From contig OX597815.1 of assembly GCA_951406725.2 (NCBI GenBank), positions 38,812,001 through 38,876,000 of the forward strand: 64,000 nucleotides of DNA, read 5' to 3'. The notes below the pieces were generated by a model that was given only the letters and a program-made list of their open reading frames with translations, did no database searches and was not told the DNA's origin. Shown piece after piece: positions 11,136-26,249 of this stretch. The first letter of the stretch is position 1; each line of letters begins with the position of its first letter. The translations under genes and the position numbers were made by a program. The stretch is from Octopus vulgaris. Taxonomy: Eukaryota.

Positions 11136-12154
11136 ATACATTACTGAATATAGAATATCAAACAAAACTATTCAACATATCTTCAGTAATTTTATGATGG
11201 CAACATATTCTTGCTGTTTCTACAATGTATTTTTGTAAGTATTTTAATGTAGTATAATTATACACTCGACTTTCTCTTCATCCTTTCCAATAATTATCTT
11301 GTAACTGAAGAGCTTGCTTCAGTTATCGTATGTAGTTGTTGTTTTTTCTGCCTTTTATCCAGAAAAGAAACATGTATTATATCAATGGCGTACACTATTA
11401 ATCTACCAGAACACTAATCACAAGTGTCTAATGATAGCTACACGTTCACGGAAAGCTGAATGCCAATGAAATTCGAAGTCCGAATGAAGTTTAAAGGGAA
11501 AAAATGATTGATACTTGTAAAGCATGTGCTTAACTCGTTACTTCTAAGATTTCGAGTAGAATGGAGAAAAAAAATGCTTTCGTCTGACAAGAAGTTAATA
11601 CGGGTTTTATTAACTCATGTTAATATCATTGAAACCTCTTTATTTTACTGGTTAAAAACAATGTGATTTGTGGAGTTTTGTTCAAAACTATAAAACCATC
11701 TAAATTGGAGACGTGTTCCTTTTTACTTGTTATATGTTGTTGTGGGTTTTTTTTTATTCTTACACTTTAAGCTTGATCGTCCAGTTCTTGAAGTGTTCAT
11801 GTTTATACATCTCAGCAATAACCATTTTCTTTCTTTCGAAATTTGCAACAGGCACAAAAGTAATCAAATGCGTTGTAGTTGTTTTTGTTATTGTTGGTGG
11901 TGGGGAGGGTGCTAGTGGGGGTGGGGTGTCACTGCCCACGTTGTTGCTGCTGCTGCTGTTGTTGCTGATGTTTTTTGGGCTATTATTGTAGTTGAAGTGA
12001 GACCGATGTTTCATTTTCTGCCACTTCAGCATCGCCAACTGATTCAGCATTTTATTCATCACTTAATTTGTTTCAGAGCAAAATTAGCATAATACAGCTC
12101 AGATGTATGCTCTTATGAAGGGTCATATTTATCATAAGTAATTAACTACAGCTG

Positions 12155-12205
<51 letters not shown>

Positions 12206-13824
12206 TCAGATAAACTATTATGATGTTTATGCATCTATGGATTATCACGAAAATAAATACTTGTTGGATTTAAACATCGAATTTTGGGTTCAGTTTTCAA
12301 GAAACCAAATAAATATATGAAAATATTAATTTCTATAAGACGTTCCCGTAATATAGGGCAAAATTGACTGCAATAATTCCAGTAGGTTTGCCATTCATTC
12401 TTTTTAGCTAACCTAAAGAGGTGAAAATGAAAGTTGATCAGATAGGATTTGAACTTGGTATCAACGAGATAATCGAATAATGAAAAACTTTGAAACCGAC
12501 GTTTTACTGCCTCAACCAACTCGACAACTGCTAATAAAAACCTTATGGTACCTGAAATCTATTGATTTTTATTTAATAATAGCAAAATACTTGATGCTTT
12601 AAGAAAAGTGCGAAATGCGACATTGCGACGCTTATATCATTATGAAAGATAGAATCCGATATTGTTGAGCGAACTTGCTGTCAAGAATAATGGAAAGGTG
12701 CCTGCGGCATGAGCTAAACAAGCACTTATAGCTTACACTGCAGCACTCACTAGATAAAAAGTGTCGATTTCTTTGTAGAAAGCAAAGGTGAAATTTTGCA
12801 AAGGAAAATTATAGCTTTTGGAATTGATATCAGTGTATTATAGATATTTGTTTTATCGACCCGACCCGGATTGATCAAAGTATTTTTAATCTTGGTCACT
12901 ACTTCAACTAAATATACTGTAAAGTATTTAGTGATACTTTACCGTTTCTGTAACTCATGTACCTACTTATAGTTATTAGTAGAAATAATTTGCTTGAAAG
13001 ATAACATTAAGTTTGACCACCTAAAACAATAGAAAACATTCTTTCAGCTTAGCAATGTAGTATTTAGTCTATAGCTCTAAAAACGTATATAGAGGATAAA
13101 ATATGTTTAGGTACTTTACTGAGTCAGTTTATGACCTAAGTTCAAATTAAACCAGGTCCAGTTTTATCCTTTATTCCAGTTTGAGTACTAGTTAAACACG
13201 AGAGATTAATTAAATCGACGATAACCGCTGCCCTAGGAATTTATGACCTTGTGTTAATGTTAAAATTAATGTTTTTAAAGGGGGTAAAGCAAAAGGATGA
13301 TAGAAATGATTAGGTATTGGACCTTACATAAATGAGGTACCAGCATACTTGAGATTTTTCAATTATCATTAAGCTTTCATATTCATTATTAATAAGGACT
13401 TGCGAGAAATTTTGTATTATTTGCAGCTCACGTTTTCAGACACATTTTGAAGTCATTATGTGGAACCATTATAATTAACGGTGGTACTAATTTTATTGAA
13501 TCCGAAAGTATGAAAGACGATAACAACATTATGGGATTTGAACTCATAAACTCAGGATAAGCAACAGAATACCTCAAGATACGCATATTTATGAAGGAAG
13601 AGGCAAAACCAAAATTAGTAGCATCGTAACGTTTAGTAACGTTTGATAATTTGAGGCAAAAACTACATGTTAGTTTTATCTCAAATGTTGACTTAAGTGG
13701 CATCGTTTTTGTATCTGGTTTGCTGATCACAAATATGTAGGATGTACCCATTTCGAAAATACCACATGCACTAATGATAACTGTGTAGTATGTAAGTTTA
13801 GCCCAAGTGTTAACTGTAAAACTA

Positions 13825-14135
13825 GAACCGTAGTCAACTACATAAGGGGCATGGTAAGACTTTGTAAGGACAGACACACGTCATACATTGCGGAGACCTC
13901 TAGGAGTATAGTGGAGAGGCCAGAAGCGCACTGGAAAGAGTATAATGACGAGAAACAATCGTACATACTCTATCAACATGACAAAGACCAACATGGCGGC
14001 ACACTGGGCCGAATTGACATCCGTATTTTGTTCAAACACCATCAGGCCCATTACTTAGACAAATACAAGAGTACGTCCTTGTAAATGAAACATTACCCAT
14101 ACTAAACAGGAAATACACGAGAAGTTAGGGATGCC
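13825..14135 (+). mobile_element. GIY-YIG endonuclease fragment (Penelope-like)
   Basis: SYIAETSRSIVERPEAH..LYQH..QH matches the YIGETSR...R..EH pattern, followed by RQIQE..V...P.LN. Confidence 0.7.
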
Positions 14136-15077
14136 CCAATGCCACAGATATCACCTACACAGCGTACATACATAGGTACATCCGTAAATAGGCAGTCAAA
14201 TAGATGGTTATGTAGGTAGGTAGGTAGGTAGGTAGGTAGGTAGGTAGGTAGGTAGGTAAGTAGATAGGTAGGAAGGCAGGCAGGTACATACACGCACATA
14301 CACACACACGCACAAAAACATATACAGACACAAAAGGAGACAAAAATACAGACTATACACACACTTCACACACGCGCATACACACACATATATAGACACA
14401 TGTTTACACAACAGGCCCAAGTGCATACACATACAAACTCGTACGCATAGATACACTTAAGCACGCGCGCACAAGGAAGCAGAAGTACGCACACAGACAC
14501 ACACACACATATATACATACATATATACATACATACATACATATATACATACATACATTCATACATACATACGTAAATACATACAGACGCAAGCAAACGC
14601 ACACACACGCACGTAACAAGGTCTCAAGCAGACAAACGCGGCTTCCGTAGCGGACGAAGTCAAAAGTCATTGAAAAGGTTGCAAGTAGCAACGAAATATT
14701 GGGTTGTCAGACAAAAAGAAACAAAACAAATGATTTACTGTTTAACCAAATTAAACAAGCGATCGATTAGTTAGTTAGATATTTAACCAATTTACTAATA
14801 ATAAAGGAGTGGAATTGAGTCAGTGCATACTGACTCTCTTTAGACACAGCAAGACTTTAGGGACGTTATACAAGTTATTTTGACATAGCGCAAAACCTTA
14901 TTTGCTACTTAGAAGAAGAGAAATTGGATAGTGTAGCATTTATGTGTTTCTTAAAGTCTAATTATTATTGGTATAAGTGAAGAGAAGTGTCTTTAATAGT
15001 GAATCAAAAACACATCACATACTAATTTGATAAAAGCCACAATTTTAAACCTATTGCGCTGGCACTAAGCAGAATAG

Positions 15078-15521
15078 GGATCTTTTCGGTTTGAACGGCA
15101 GTTTTTTCTAGCGGTGTCATATGAAATTGTCACCCATAATTATGACCCTTATATCGATCTATTGCATTTCAATCTGTTTTAGGGTTAGGGTTAGAGTTAG
15201 GGTTAGGGTTAGGGTTAGGGGTGGGGAGAAGGGTATCTTTTTTTTCTTCAAAAATGTAAATAAACCCAATCTGTTTCTTAAACGAGGGACATATTCATAC
15301 GGCACAGAATGTTTTTTTACCTCAGTAGACGTATTTGATTGGCTGAAATTGCAGAAATTGCAAAATAAAGAACAACAAATATCTTACAAACTATAGAATT
15401 GTCTCAATAAAGCAAAGAGAAAAAGATGTTTTATAAACACATTCTACTAGTATACGAAGTTTAACATTTTTTAGTTACCTAGAAATTATGTTAAAAACTG
15501 CCGTTCAAACCGAAAAGATCC
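15078..15521. mobile_element. MITE with ~29-bp TIRs, 8-bp TSD and internal (TTAGGG)n
   Basis: TIR GGATCTTTTCGGTTTGAACGGCAGTTTTT; TSD CAGAATAG on both sides. Confidence 0.93.
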
Positions 15522-16478
15522 CAGAATAGAATTAATTTGGTTCTTTTGGAAGTTTCAGAACTTTAAATGTTTAAAGTTGCAAGTTGTTTTTCATTTTATC
15601 GACACAAAACGTACAAAGATGACCGATAAATCATTGCTTAGACTACAATTTATTATTCAATATCAACAATCTTATTTCCTTTTGACATAAAATGTGATGA
15701 CGTCTTACTTATGAATGTCCTTTATATCATATAACCCGCCATCTAAATTAAAGTTTTACACTATGTAGTTTCGATTCTTTATAATATAAGATTATGACAA
15801 GTTCAATTTTCCTTCCTCCCACTGAGGTCTGTAAAATGTGTACCCGTCTACACTGGAGTTAAAATTCAATCGAATATACACATAGCTTGATTTTGTGCGT
15901 CTGTATGAAGTCATTATTAAAATCGATTAAATTGCAACTTAATTTCGTAAAGACATCTAATTTCAAATCCAACTGTTATTTTTTTCATCACTTCATTGTA
16001 GGATCAACAAAATTTGCCTCATCTTTGTAATGTATTTTTGTTTAGCTGCCATTAATTCGTGGCTATTACGTTTCCTGTTACAAAAGAAAGCTAATTTAGT
16101 ATATACATTTGTGCCCCAGCATGGCCACAGCTCGTGAGCTGAAACTAGATAAAATAAAAAAATAAATAAAATATGAAAAGAAGTTACGAATTCAATGAAA
16201 GCAACTATGTTGAGAAGTTATTTGCTGTCTTTTCATGATTAATGACTATGCACTTGAAGGAAAGGTCAATTCTTTACATTTTCTAACTAGATAGACATCT
16301 CGTGAAAGCTCGGCCTACTAGAAGTCGCAGACAAATTTTACTCGAGTCACACTTAAATGAGGAAGATACATTGAGTAACGTAGTTGTATATATACTGTAT
16401 TTAACAAAGGACGTGAACAGAGTTGACCTGACCTGGAGTTCAGTAGCAAGTAAAAAGAAATAAACAAATAAGCCTAAA

Positions 16479-17225
16479 TATTGGGCTGTCGTAAAAATTT
16501 GTTGGGGTTTTTTTCTACTTATTTTAATCCTTATTTTTTATCAATAAATTTTTTAAATGAATCAATAATATACTCTTCTTCATTGTTCACGACTTCTAGC
16601 CAACGTTCTACTAGTTTGTCAAAGCCCTGACAATATAGATCACCAGATATTGACTAGTAGAATTCATCTAACCGTCTTCAGCTCTACATCAATATTGAAC
16701 GATCGATTTGCAGACGGTTGGAGAGAGACCGAAAAAAGTTGTGAAAGTGTGAATCTGCTGTATCAGGAGAATCTGGCAGGTGTGATAGAACATCGCAACT
16801 GACCTCTTGAATAGCATTTTTGGTCAAGTTAGTGGCGTGAAGGGTGGGGACGAGCATTGTCATGTTGAACAAGCACGCCATATCGATGATCAGGTCGTTT
16901 CAGTTGGAGTTCCTCTTTGAGCCGGTGCAGTTACTGAACGTAAATTGAGCGTGATCTTATTTTCAAGCATTTCGTAGCGGATCATCTCCTCCCAATCTTA
17001 CCAAACACAAATCATTGGATACAGCTCAGACTTAGCTCGAGGTCTTCACTGTTTGTCGGGATTCAGCTATTATTTCCTCCGCTTCATATTGGTGTAAAGA
17101 CGTCATTTTTGTCGCTGGTGACGATGCTCTAAAGCAATTTGTTTGTCTTCACAAGAAACCTGATGTCGAGCGAGCAAAGTGGTTCTTATTTCTAAGCAGA
17201 AAAAAGAACGGCTTCTGTTGTCGTT
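16479..17225 (-). mobile_element. Decayed mariner fragment (3' half)
   Basis: Translation resembles HDNARPH..TKNAIQE..VLSHLPDSPD..FRSLSN; TA-TTGGG terminal sequence at 16479. Confidence 0.75.
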
Positions 17226-17780
17226 TCAATAATGTTTGCTGGCGGCGGCGGTGTTGTTGTTGTTGGTGGTGGTGGTGGTGCTGGTGGTGCTGGTGGTCGT
17301 GGTGGTCGTGGTGGTCGTGGTGGTCGTCGTTGTCGTCGTCATCGTTGTCGTCGTCGTCGTCGTGCTTGCCTCAGTTTTAAAGAAATTCTGCTCGTCACTG
17401 CTCTTACTATTTGTATTGCTGTCGTTGTTGTTGTTGTTGTTTCTGTTGCTGCTGCTTTCTACTTCGCCTCTCGACCAGTTGATAACAAGTGGTGGAAAAT
17501 CAAATGTCATACTGGCTGTTTCAATAGCCGTCACTTCCCTCGATCCGGGGGACCACATTGATATTTGTTTGTTTAAGAATATTAATTTTTCCATTTTAAA
17601 TCTCAAAACTCGCCATTAAGAGGTGAGTTCTTTTCCGCAGCAGCTTGCCAGATTCAAGGCAAGCCGGCGTGTCTGGTAAATAACTCGACAAAAATTCGAA
17701 TACCAACTTATAAAACAACAAATTTTGAAGAAAATTTACGAGCCACGTACATACTTCCACTCCTTCCAAACACAAATGAC

Positions 17781-18610
<830 letters not shown>

Positions 18611-18639
18611 ATAATAATAATAACAACAACAACAACAAC

Positions 18640-18705
<66 letters not shown>

Positions 18706-19712
18706 TAAGTAGTAAACTGTTAGGTTGTTGTTCTTGGTGGTGATGTCAAATAGATCACAAATGTAAACAGAACTAAAAATAAATAAACAAAATTTTTAAT
18801 GAGATAAAAATGAGATTAAGTGTGAGAATAGAAAGAAAAATAACAACGGTAAAAATAAAATATAAATAGACAATAAAATTAATAGAAATGTAATAAAGAT
18901 TAATAATTTGGTTGGGTGGGTGGGGAGGTAGTGATAATGATGGAGGAAAGGTAGAAAGGAACGTGGAGATATATAAAACGTTAATAATGTCATTTAGAAA
19001 TCAAACATATTGATTTAGTTATTCCTCAAGGTTGACAGCTCAGGGCGTGACAAGAAAAGCCGTTAAGTTCGCACTTATAAATATATACAGATGGTCGCAA
19101 CCGTGTGTGATTGTTTGTGCGCGAGCGCAAATTTATTTAAGATTAATAGGTTTAGATATCAACTTATGAACGCCATTTGTGTTTACTTCTTATATACATA
19201 CATGCATATATAGATGTATGTATGTATGTATGTATGTATGTATGTATGTATGTATGTATGTATGTATGTATGTATGTATGTATGTATGGCGTACGTACAC
19301 TTTCTTCTCTTACATGTAAGTACACATTTCACTAAATTTTGTGCGACTTTTTCAAATCTTTCTCCCCACTCTCTCTCACATTTCTTTGCCTTTCTTACTC
19401 CCTTTGCACTTCACTATGTCCCTGTCTCCCCTTTTTTTCTCGCCACTCCTTGATTCTTCCGTCTATCTACTTCTACACACACACTCTCTCTCTCTCTCTT
19501 CTCCCCTCCTAAATTCCTTTGTTCATCTTTTTCTCTCTCTTCTCTTCTCACGTGACCGTTGGCCGACTGCTAGCCCTTTTGTATCTGACCACGGTCACTG
19601 TCACATCGATACTCTTCCCTCTGCCGTAAAACTTCATTTCCATACACGCCAGCTGAATTCAATTCGTCCCCAGTCGAAAGACGCCTGTTGTTATGTCCTG
19701 TTATTATTATTA

Positions 19713-19765
<53 letters not shown>

Positions 19766-20027
19766 GTTGTTGTTGTTGTTATTATTGTTATTGTTGTTGT
19801 TGTTTTTGTTGTTGTTGTTTTTTATTGTATTTTGTAGTTATATTCGTGTGACATCTTTTGTTTTTCCGTCCTTGTTTTATATACATTCGTTGCTTTTTTC
19901 CAATGAATCTTTCTTATATAAACTACGCGATTTTCAATTATTAATCTTTGATTTTTTTGCAATGATTATTATAATTAATTAATGCAATGTAATTTATAGT
20001 ATTATTTGCTATTTGACTAGAGATAAT

Positions 20028-20170
20028 ACTCTTTTACCCTTTTACTTGCTTCAGTCATTTCACTGCGGCCATGCTGGAGCACCACCTTTTTAGTCGAGCA
20101 AATCGACCCCAGGACTTATTCTTTGTAAGCCTAGTACTTATTCTACCGGTCTCTTTTGCCGAACCGCTAA
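20028..20170 (-). mobile_element. SINE 3' part (family of 55405)
   Basis: Matches reverse complement of 55466-55600. Confidence 0.8.
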
Positions 20171-20605
20171 ATTTTTTTTTTTTTATATTTTTCCTGATAT
20201 TTTAGAAAAACTAATGCACTAGGATGATATTTAGATTAAAATACTTAATAGTATATACATATATATTTCATGGCCATTATATTAGTTTATTTTCCATATA
20301 TTATTTTTTATCTTTGATTTTGCTTTTAATTATTGACACTCACGCTTGAAAACATAGATATATTTAAATTCAGTCTTTTCTTGGAGCTGTGAATCCTCAT
20401 ATATCGGAAATTTCACGGAGAAGATTCTTACCCATAAACAATGGATTTTTATAACTTTAATATGAGTAAGAATTGAAACAATTGTATATAATTTGCATTT
20501 GATATTTATTATATTATATTATTATAAGAATATTATATATAATATAATATTATGTTAATAAATTTTAATTTTTGAATTGACAATTGTATATCTCCATTTT
20601 CTATT

Positions 20606-20649
<44 letters not shown>

Positions 20650-22319
20650 GTGCTCGCACGTGTGTATACGTGTTTATGCATGTGTATGTACACGAGGAAA
20701 TTTACTATTTCTCACAGTTGTCTCTCTTTTTATCTCTCTACCTATCTAGCTAATCAAGTTACCTGTCTGTCAGTCTGCCTCTGCGCATGTACATTAATTA
20801 AACTGTCATCTATGTATCAAAAGACTGGATTGTCAGAATTGAAACCCCTTTGGTGATAGTTCTCGCGCTTGGATGGCAAAAGACAAAACAATCGTGTCAA
20901 AGACAGCTTCAAATAGTAAGGTGTGACTTGAGAAATAATCGTATTGTTTCTGACATGTTTGCTGTCCGAGGTTGATAATATTCAGTCATAGCAAGATATG
21001 TAATTTCAGAAAGACATAGCTGCTACTTCTGGCATACAAAGTGAGTATTTTAAGGTCACTGCAAAATGGACTGCGGTGATGACGGTTGTGATTGTCAGCA
21101 AGATGAAACGGCAAGATGCGATCTGAGAGGAACTTAACTGTTAATAATAGGCATGTTGCGTGGTTATTGTGGGTTAAGTGATGAATTGTTGCCCTGAAAT
21201 AGCGAAATCTATTGCTTGTGGCAGAGAGCTAAGATCAATAAGCATGACCGATGAGGAATTTGTAAGAAGTTAATGAGGCAGAATTTTGAGGTAATTGAAT
21301 GTATCGAAACAAGAGGCGAAATGGCATATGGAAAGCACAATGACAATCGTTATGCAGAAGCTATGAAATTGTGGTGAAAGCATTTACAGTAAAGAATGAA
21401 ATGCTGCCAGTAAATTTACAAGAACCTGTGGTCTAATTGCTAATCATTTAATCATATATATAATGAAATCATTTATTTAGGGAGCGAAAGCAATGAAATT
21501 GTAAAGCAAAAGAAGACGAATATTGAAAATAGGCCTGAAATGGAAACTTTATTATTAGAAAGGCTTGAATAACTGAAAATGTGCTGTGGTTATAAACATG
21601 AAAACAGAACTGAAATGGAAGATTGTGAATTGAAAAGAAAGCAAAATTGATAATGGAAAGAAATATTAATGAAAGAAATAAAATTGTAATTTTCTGAAAC
21701 GGAAAATGAATTAATCATGTGAGGTTTGCACAAATGGGTGCCTTGAGCAACAATTAACGGTCGCAAGTCAAGAACACCAATGGACAGAAATGACATTTGA
21801 CTTCTGCACATGTGCAGCAATTAAAAAAATGCAAGCTATGACTGACATATAAAGTTTAGAACTCTATAACTATAATTACAACATAGGATCAAATAGTTAT
21901 ATTGAAGTGGGCATTATCTAAGGATGAATCGATGATTAATCATTTTCTTTTTTCATAAGAGTAGCATAATAGCATTTCGATTGCGAATCACAGTATCTAC
22001 CGTTCGCTTCTGTAACACCCATAATGCCTTTAGGAAATATGAAAATTACTAAATAACCTATATCACTGACCTGCTGAAAGTTTCAATTTACATTTGACAC
22101 ATTTTCATTTCAGTTACACTTTTAAAGCATTTATGAGAAATATGAACACATCACAGTTTTCTCTTCATTTCATGAAAGAATGCAATATCGCTACCAGTTA
22201 TTGTGAATTCTATCGAGCTGGTTGTAAATTTCTTAGTGACAGGAAGAGATGCCCATAGATGACGTTCTTAAAATTCCCGGAGGTTGTACTTCAACAATGC
22301 CATAATTACGTTTTAAAAA

Positions 22320-22645
22320 GGAGCACTCCGTCGGTTGCGACGACGAGGGTCCCAGCTGATACGATCAACGGAACAGCTTGCTCGTGAAATTAACAAGCAA
22401 GTGGCTGAGCACTCCACAATTCATGTACCCTTAACGTAGTTCTCGGGGAGATTCAGCGTGACACAGTGTGTGACAAGGCTGACCCTTTGAAATACAGGTA
22501 CTACTCATTTTTGCCAGCTGAGTGGACTGGAGAAACATGAAAGAAAGTGTCTTACTCAAGGACACAACGCGCTGCCGGGTATTCAAATTCACGACCTTGC
22601 GATCATGAGCCGAATGCCCCTAACCACTTAGCCACGCGGCTTCAC
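22320..22645 (-). mobile_element. tRNA-derived SINE, full length, 12-bp TSD
   Basis: Minus-strand A box TGGCTAAGTGGTTAGG and decayed B box; TSD ACGTTTTAAAAA at 22308-22319 and 22646-22657. Confidence 0.9.
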
Positions 22646-25600
22646 ACGTTTTAAAAACGCATGATTGTCACTCAGTCTTCACCCTCTATACATTTGCGAT
22701 TTTGTACTTAAATATGTAAATAGTATTTAAAGTTTTGATAATACTAATGTTCAGATTTGTTGGTTTTTCAGTTTCCAGAAAAGAGTGGCAATGCCTATAG
22801 CTAAACGAATGTTTCAAATTTAGATTTCTAAAGCTCATAATAACTAAAGAAACAAAACATTGTTTATATGACTGTGGAACTAAAATAGTACGAACATCAG
22901 TCTTCTGCACAGATCAAGCTTGATTTATTGAAAATTCATAGTTATCGACAGTGGAAATTTTTTAAAGTAAACTAAGAATAACAGTGAATAACACTAAAGC
23001 ATCATCTTTGATGTTCAACGAGTTTGTTTCTGTATAGATAAATACATGATACTGCATCCTTATGTTAAACAACAATACCTTAACTTTCTGCAATATGTCA
23101 TCCGGTTAGAACTCTATATATAAGTTGACAAGAATAGCCTCAGAAAGAATTCCTGAGATATGTAAATAATGATATATTAATATTATTACTATTAGTTAAT
23201 TGCTTTTTAACGAGGTTCAGTTGCGTTTTTTACAAGAAAGAATGCAGTCACTTAAATTGTTAGACTTATTCCTTCAGCAAGGAACAAATAAGATGTTAAA
23301 CTCAATAGATAGTTGAGATGATGGCTTATATCTGCTCACCAGAAAATGTTACATATCTGGTCAATATAGCTAGTTATCAAGAACATTTTCACGTAGTTGT
23401 TAATATGTCAACCAATAAGTAGCAGAGTGACCTTAAAATTGCAATGGTTTCTCTAGATGTAGATTAGAGAAAACTGAGCTTTACCCAGCTGAATTACCCT
23501 AGCATTCGCTAATGTACCTATAGTTCAGCAGATTATCGGACTCACCATCATGCAATGAACTTCAGTCAGAAATCACACCCGAGCCTTAAAGGGACAATAC
23601 TGCATCTTTCGAAGCAATACTTAGTAAACTAATTTTAATATTATTTTCGAAAAGGTTGTTTCAGTCACTGACGCCTTACAAACTGAGCAGAGTGGCTTGT
23701 TCATGTGATAATTGCTGGATTATATGTCGTTTCGTATCAATAAAATGGCTGAATCATATTGATGTGGTTTCATTTATAGTGTGTAATCACCGAAAATGAA
23801 AAGCCATATCCAAACCTTACATTTCGTTAATTAAAATTAAGATCTCTTTACGTTGCTGAAAGATTCTTTTAAGAAATGTTCAAGTTAAAATGCAGATTAC
23901 TCAAATTACCAGCTGATGTTGAAATTGAGAAAGCAAAACATATGGCAGTCTCTTCTCTCAAATATTTACACCATAAAAAAGTGTGTAGTAATTAGACTTC
24001 TTATTTTTAAAAGAGGGGAATAATTAAAAACTTTGATTTCATTTCGATTCAGATGTAATGGCTTTGGTTATGATGGCAAAATATATTCAAACGAACAAAT
24101 ATCAAGTTAACAACTACTCTTTGTAAAATGCTGTAAAATGCATCCACCAACTTATTTGAAATTTTAGCAAACAATTAACCTCCTTACACAGCCCACGTTT
24201 TCCCAGCGGTTGTCAATCTGATATTCTTCTAGAATATTAATCACGTCAATCTCGCCGGTCTTGGATAACCTACAAAGGACATGAGCACAGGCTCTTCGTT
24301 CAGTCCAAATAAATAACGAATAAAAAGTAAAGAATCAGATGTTCGATCTGGTAGAAATAGCAGTCAAATCTCCCTCAAATTATTCCATACTGCCATAAGG
24401 AAATTATTCCATACTGCCTGAGGAAAGGAAAAAAACGAAACTGTGACGAGTTACTGCTTAATTAAGGATAAGTTGGGACTAAACAACAACAATAATAATA
24501 TCAACAATAAGTCTCATAAAAACATGAGTTATAACTATTACAGTTTTGTTCCACTCTTGATCAAATGATACTGCTTCAGCTTAGATACCTTAAGGACTGC
24601 GTACGGAAAGGCAGATTGACAAATTTAGTGTCGAACTATTACTTTATAATATTATAAATTTTCTATCTCTTCTATATCAATATAGTAGATTCCAGTAACA
24701 TGCTAGAATGAAATGTCTTCAATACATTTCTGTTGGTCTTGCTTGTAAACTTTAAAGACGCACTGAAAACTCTGTAATTTGACTGGTCGTCTTATTATTT
24801 CAGAAAATATACTGTGTGCAGATAGTGCTGTAAAATTCCATGCTGTAAGACCTCAGTATTCTGTTCAGCCTTGCTGTTTTTCTTGTAGCTGTGGTCATTG
24901 TATTCCATCTGAAGTCAGGTATCTCAACTATAAACGTATAAGTGTAGTGAAATGAACTGGCAATGCAATTTCCAGAGAAGTAGTCTTATTTCTAGTTTTT
25001 GTACTTACAGATTGCCATTTCTCTCACTAAACTTATTATGCTAGACACAATAACACCAGAGGAATCAATATTCGCATCAATTATATAATATTGTAGTTTA
25101 ATTATCGTTAATGTGTTACTTGGCTTAAGCGCTGGGATCAGGCAACTTATTTCCATTCTTTTCCGAAGTGTATATGCTGTTCTCATAGTTGACGAATAGA
25201 GAGTCAATATTAAATGGCCGCTTCAACATATTTGTTTGTTTCTCACAATACTCGAAGAACTAATCAACAATAATTTACCGTATTTCTGGGTGTATAAACT
25301 GAATAAATATATAATTAGGAAAATGTAGATTAAATGCCTTGTAGTATTTCATTTACATCTATTTAATCATTTAAATTATTGGCTAATTTTGCCTTTTATC
25401 CCTCTGAGTTGGTAAATTAAATACCACCGATGAACTAGGAAACAAGCCAATTTATCTTGTAATATCATTCTACCTCATAACATCACTATAAGTTGTGTCT
25501 TTTTTGGAATGGTTATGAACCATTATTATTAATACTATTTAGAGAAACAGTGTATATTGGACTCAGTAGTGCGCTCGAACAGTGATTATTTTGTTGAATT

Positions 25601-26249
25601 CTTAAAGTCTCTGTACGTGTTCATTTCCGTGATTCTTGATTCGCTTTGACCTTTAGTATCTTATGGTTGAGCCGTCTCCTTCCTATATTTATAGATTCGT
25701 TTATTTATTTATTTATTTATTCGTCACGGTCTCCTTTTGCGTCACATGACCTGCCATTTGAGTTTCATCTCTGTCACCTACACTTTGTTACATGACATAG
25801 GCCGGATTTCAGAGTTGGGATGTTTGGTATGCGTTATTTTTGACAAAAAGCTCCTGTTAAGAATTGGTGCACTTTCTTTGTTAGTTATTGAGTGCTGAGT
25901 GTTCTAATGGTCCGTACGGAATATTGCTATGTCTAAAGTATAATCAAATTTTCACTAATTCTAAATTCTCATTAATTCTGAGCCGATTTTTCATTGTACT
26001 TTTTTTTAATATATTTTTGTATTGGATACATAATATAACGAAGGAGGGGGAGAAAGCATATACGCGACGTATTACTGCTACACGAGACTCACCGCTCTAC
26101 ATCAAAGGCTACCAACACTATGATTTTATTGAAATCACAGGGTTAAACAAAAAGGGGGCAATACACAGGAGAAATGGGATCGGGAACTTATCGAATGATA
26201 TTACATATATGAATAAATATATTATAAATTCGGATGAAAATGAGAAGTA

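Noticed and set aside
15179-15220. True telomere or chromosome fusion site
   Set aside because: Short tract inside a TIR-bounded MITE present twice
17226-17619. Thr-rich mucin-like or Gly/Arg-rich ORFs
   Set aside because: Open frames arise from GGT/GTC/GTT trinucleotide repeats; no domain or clear gene structure
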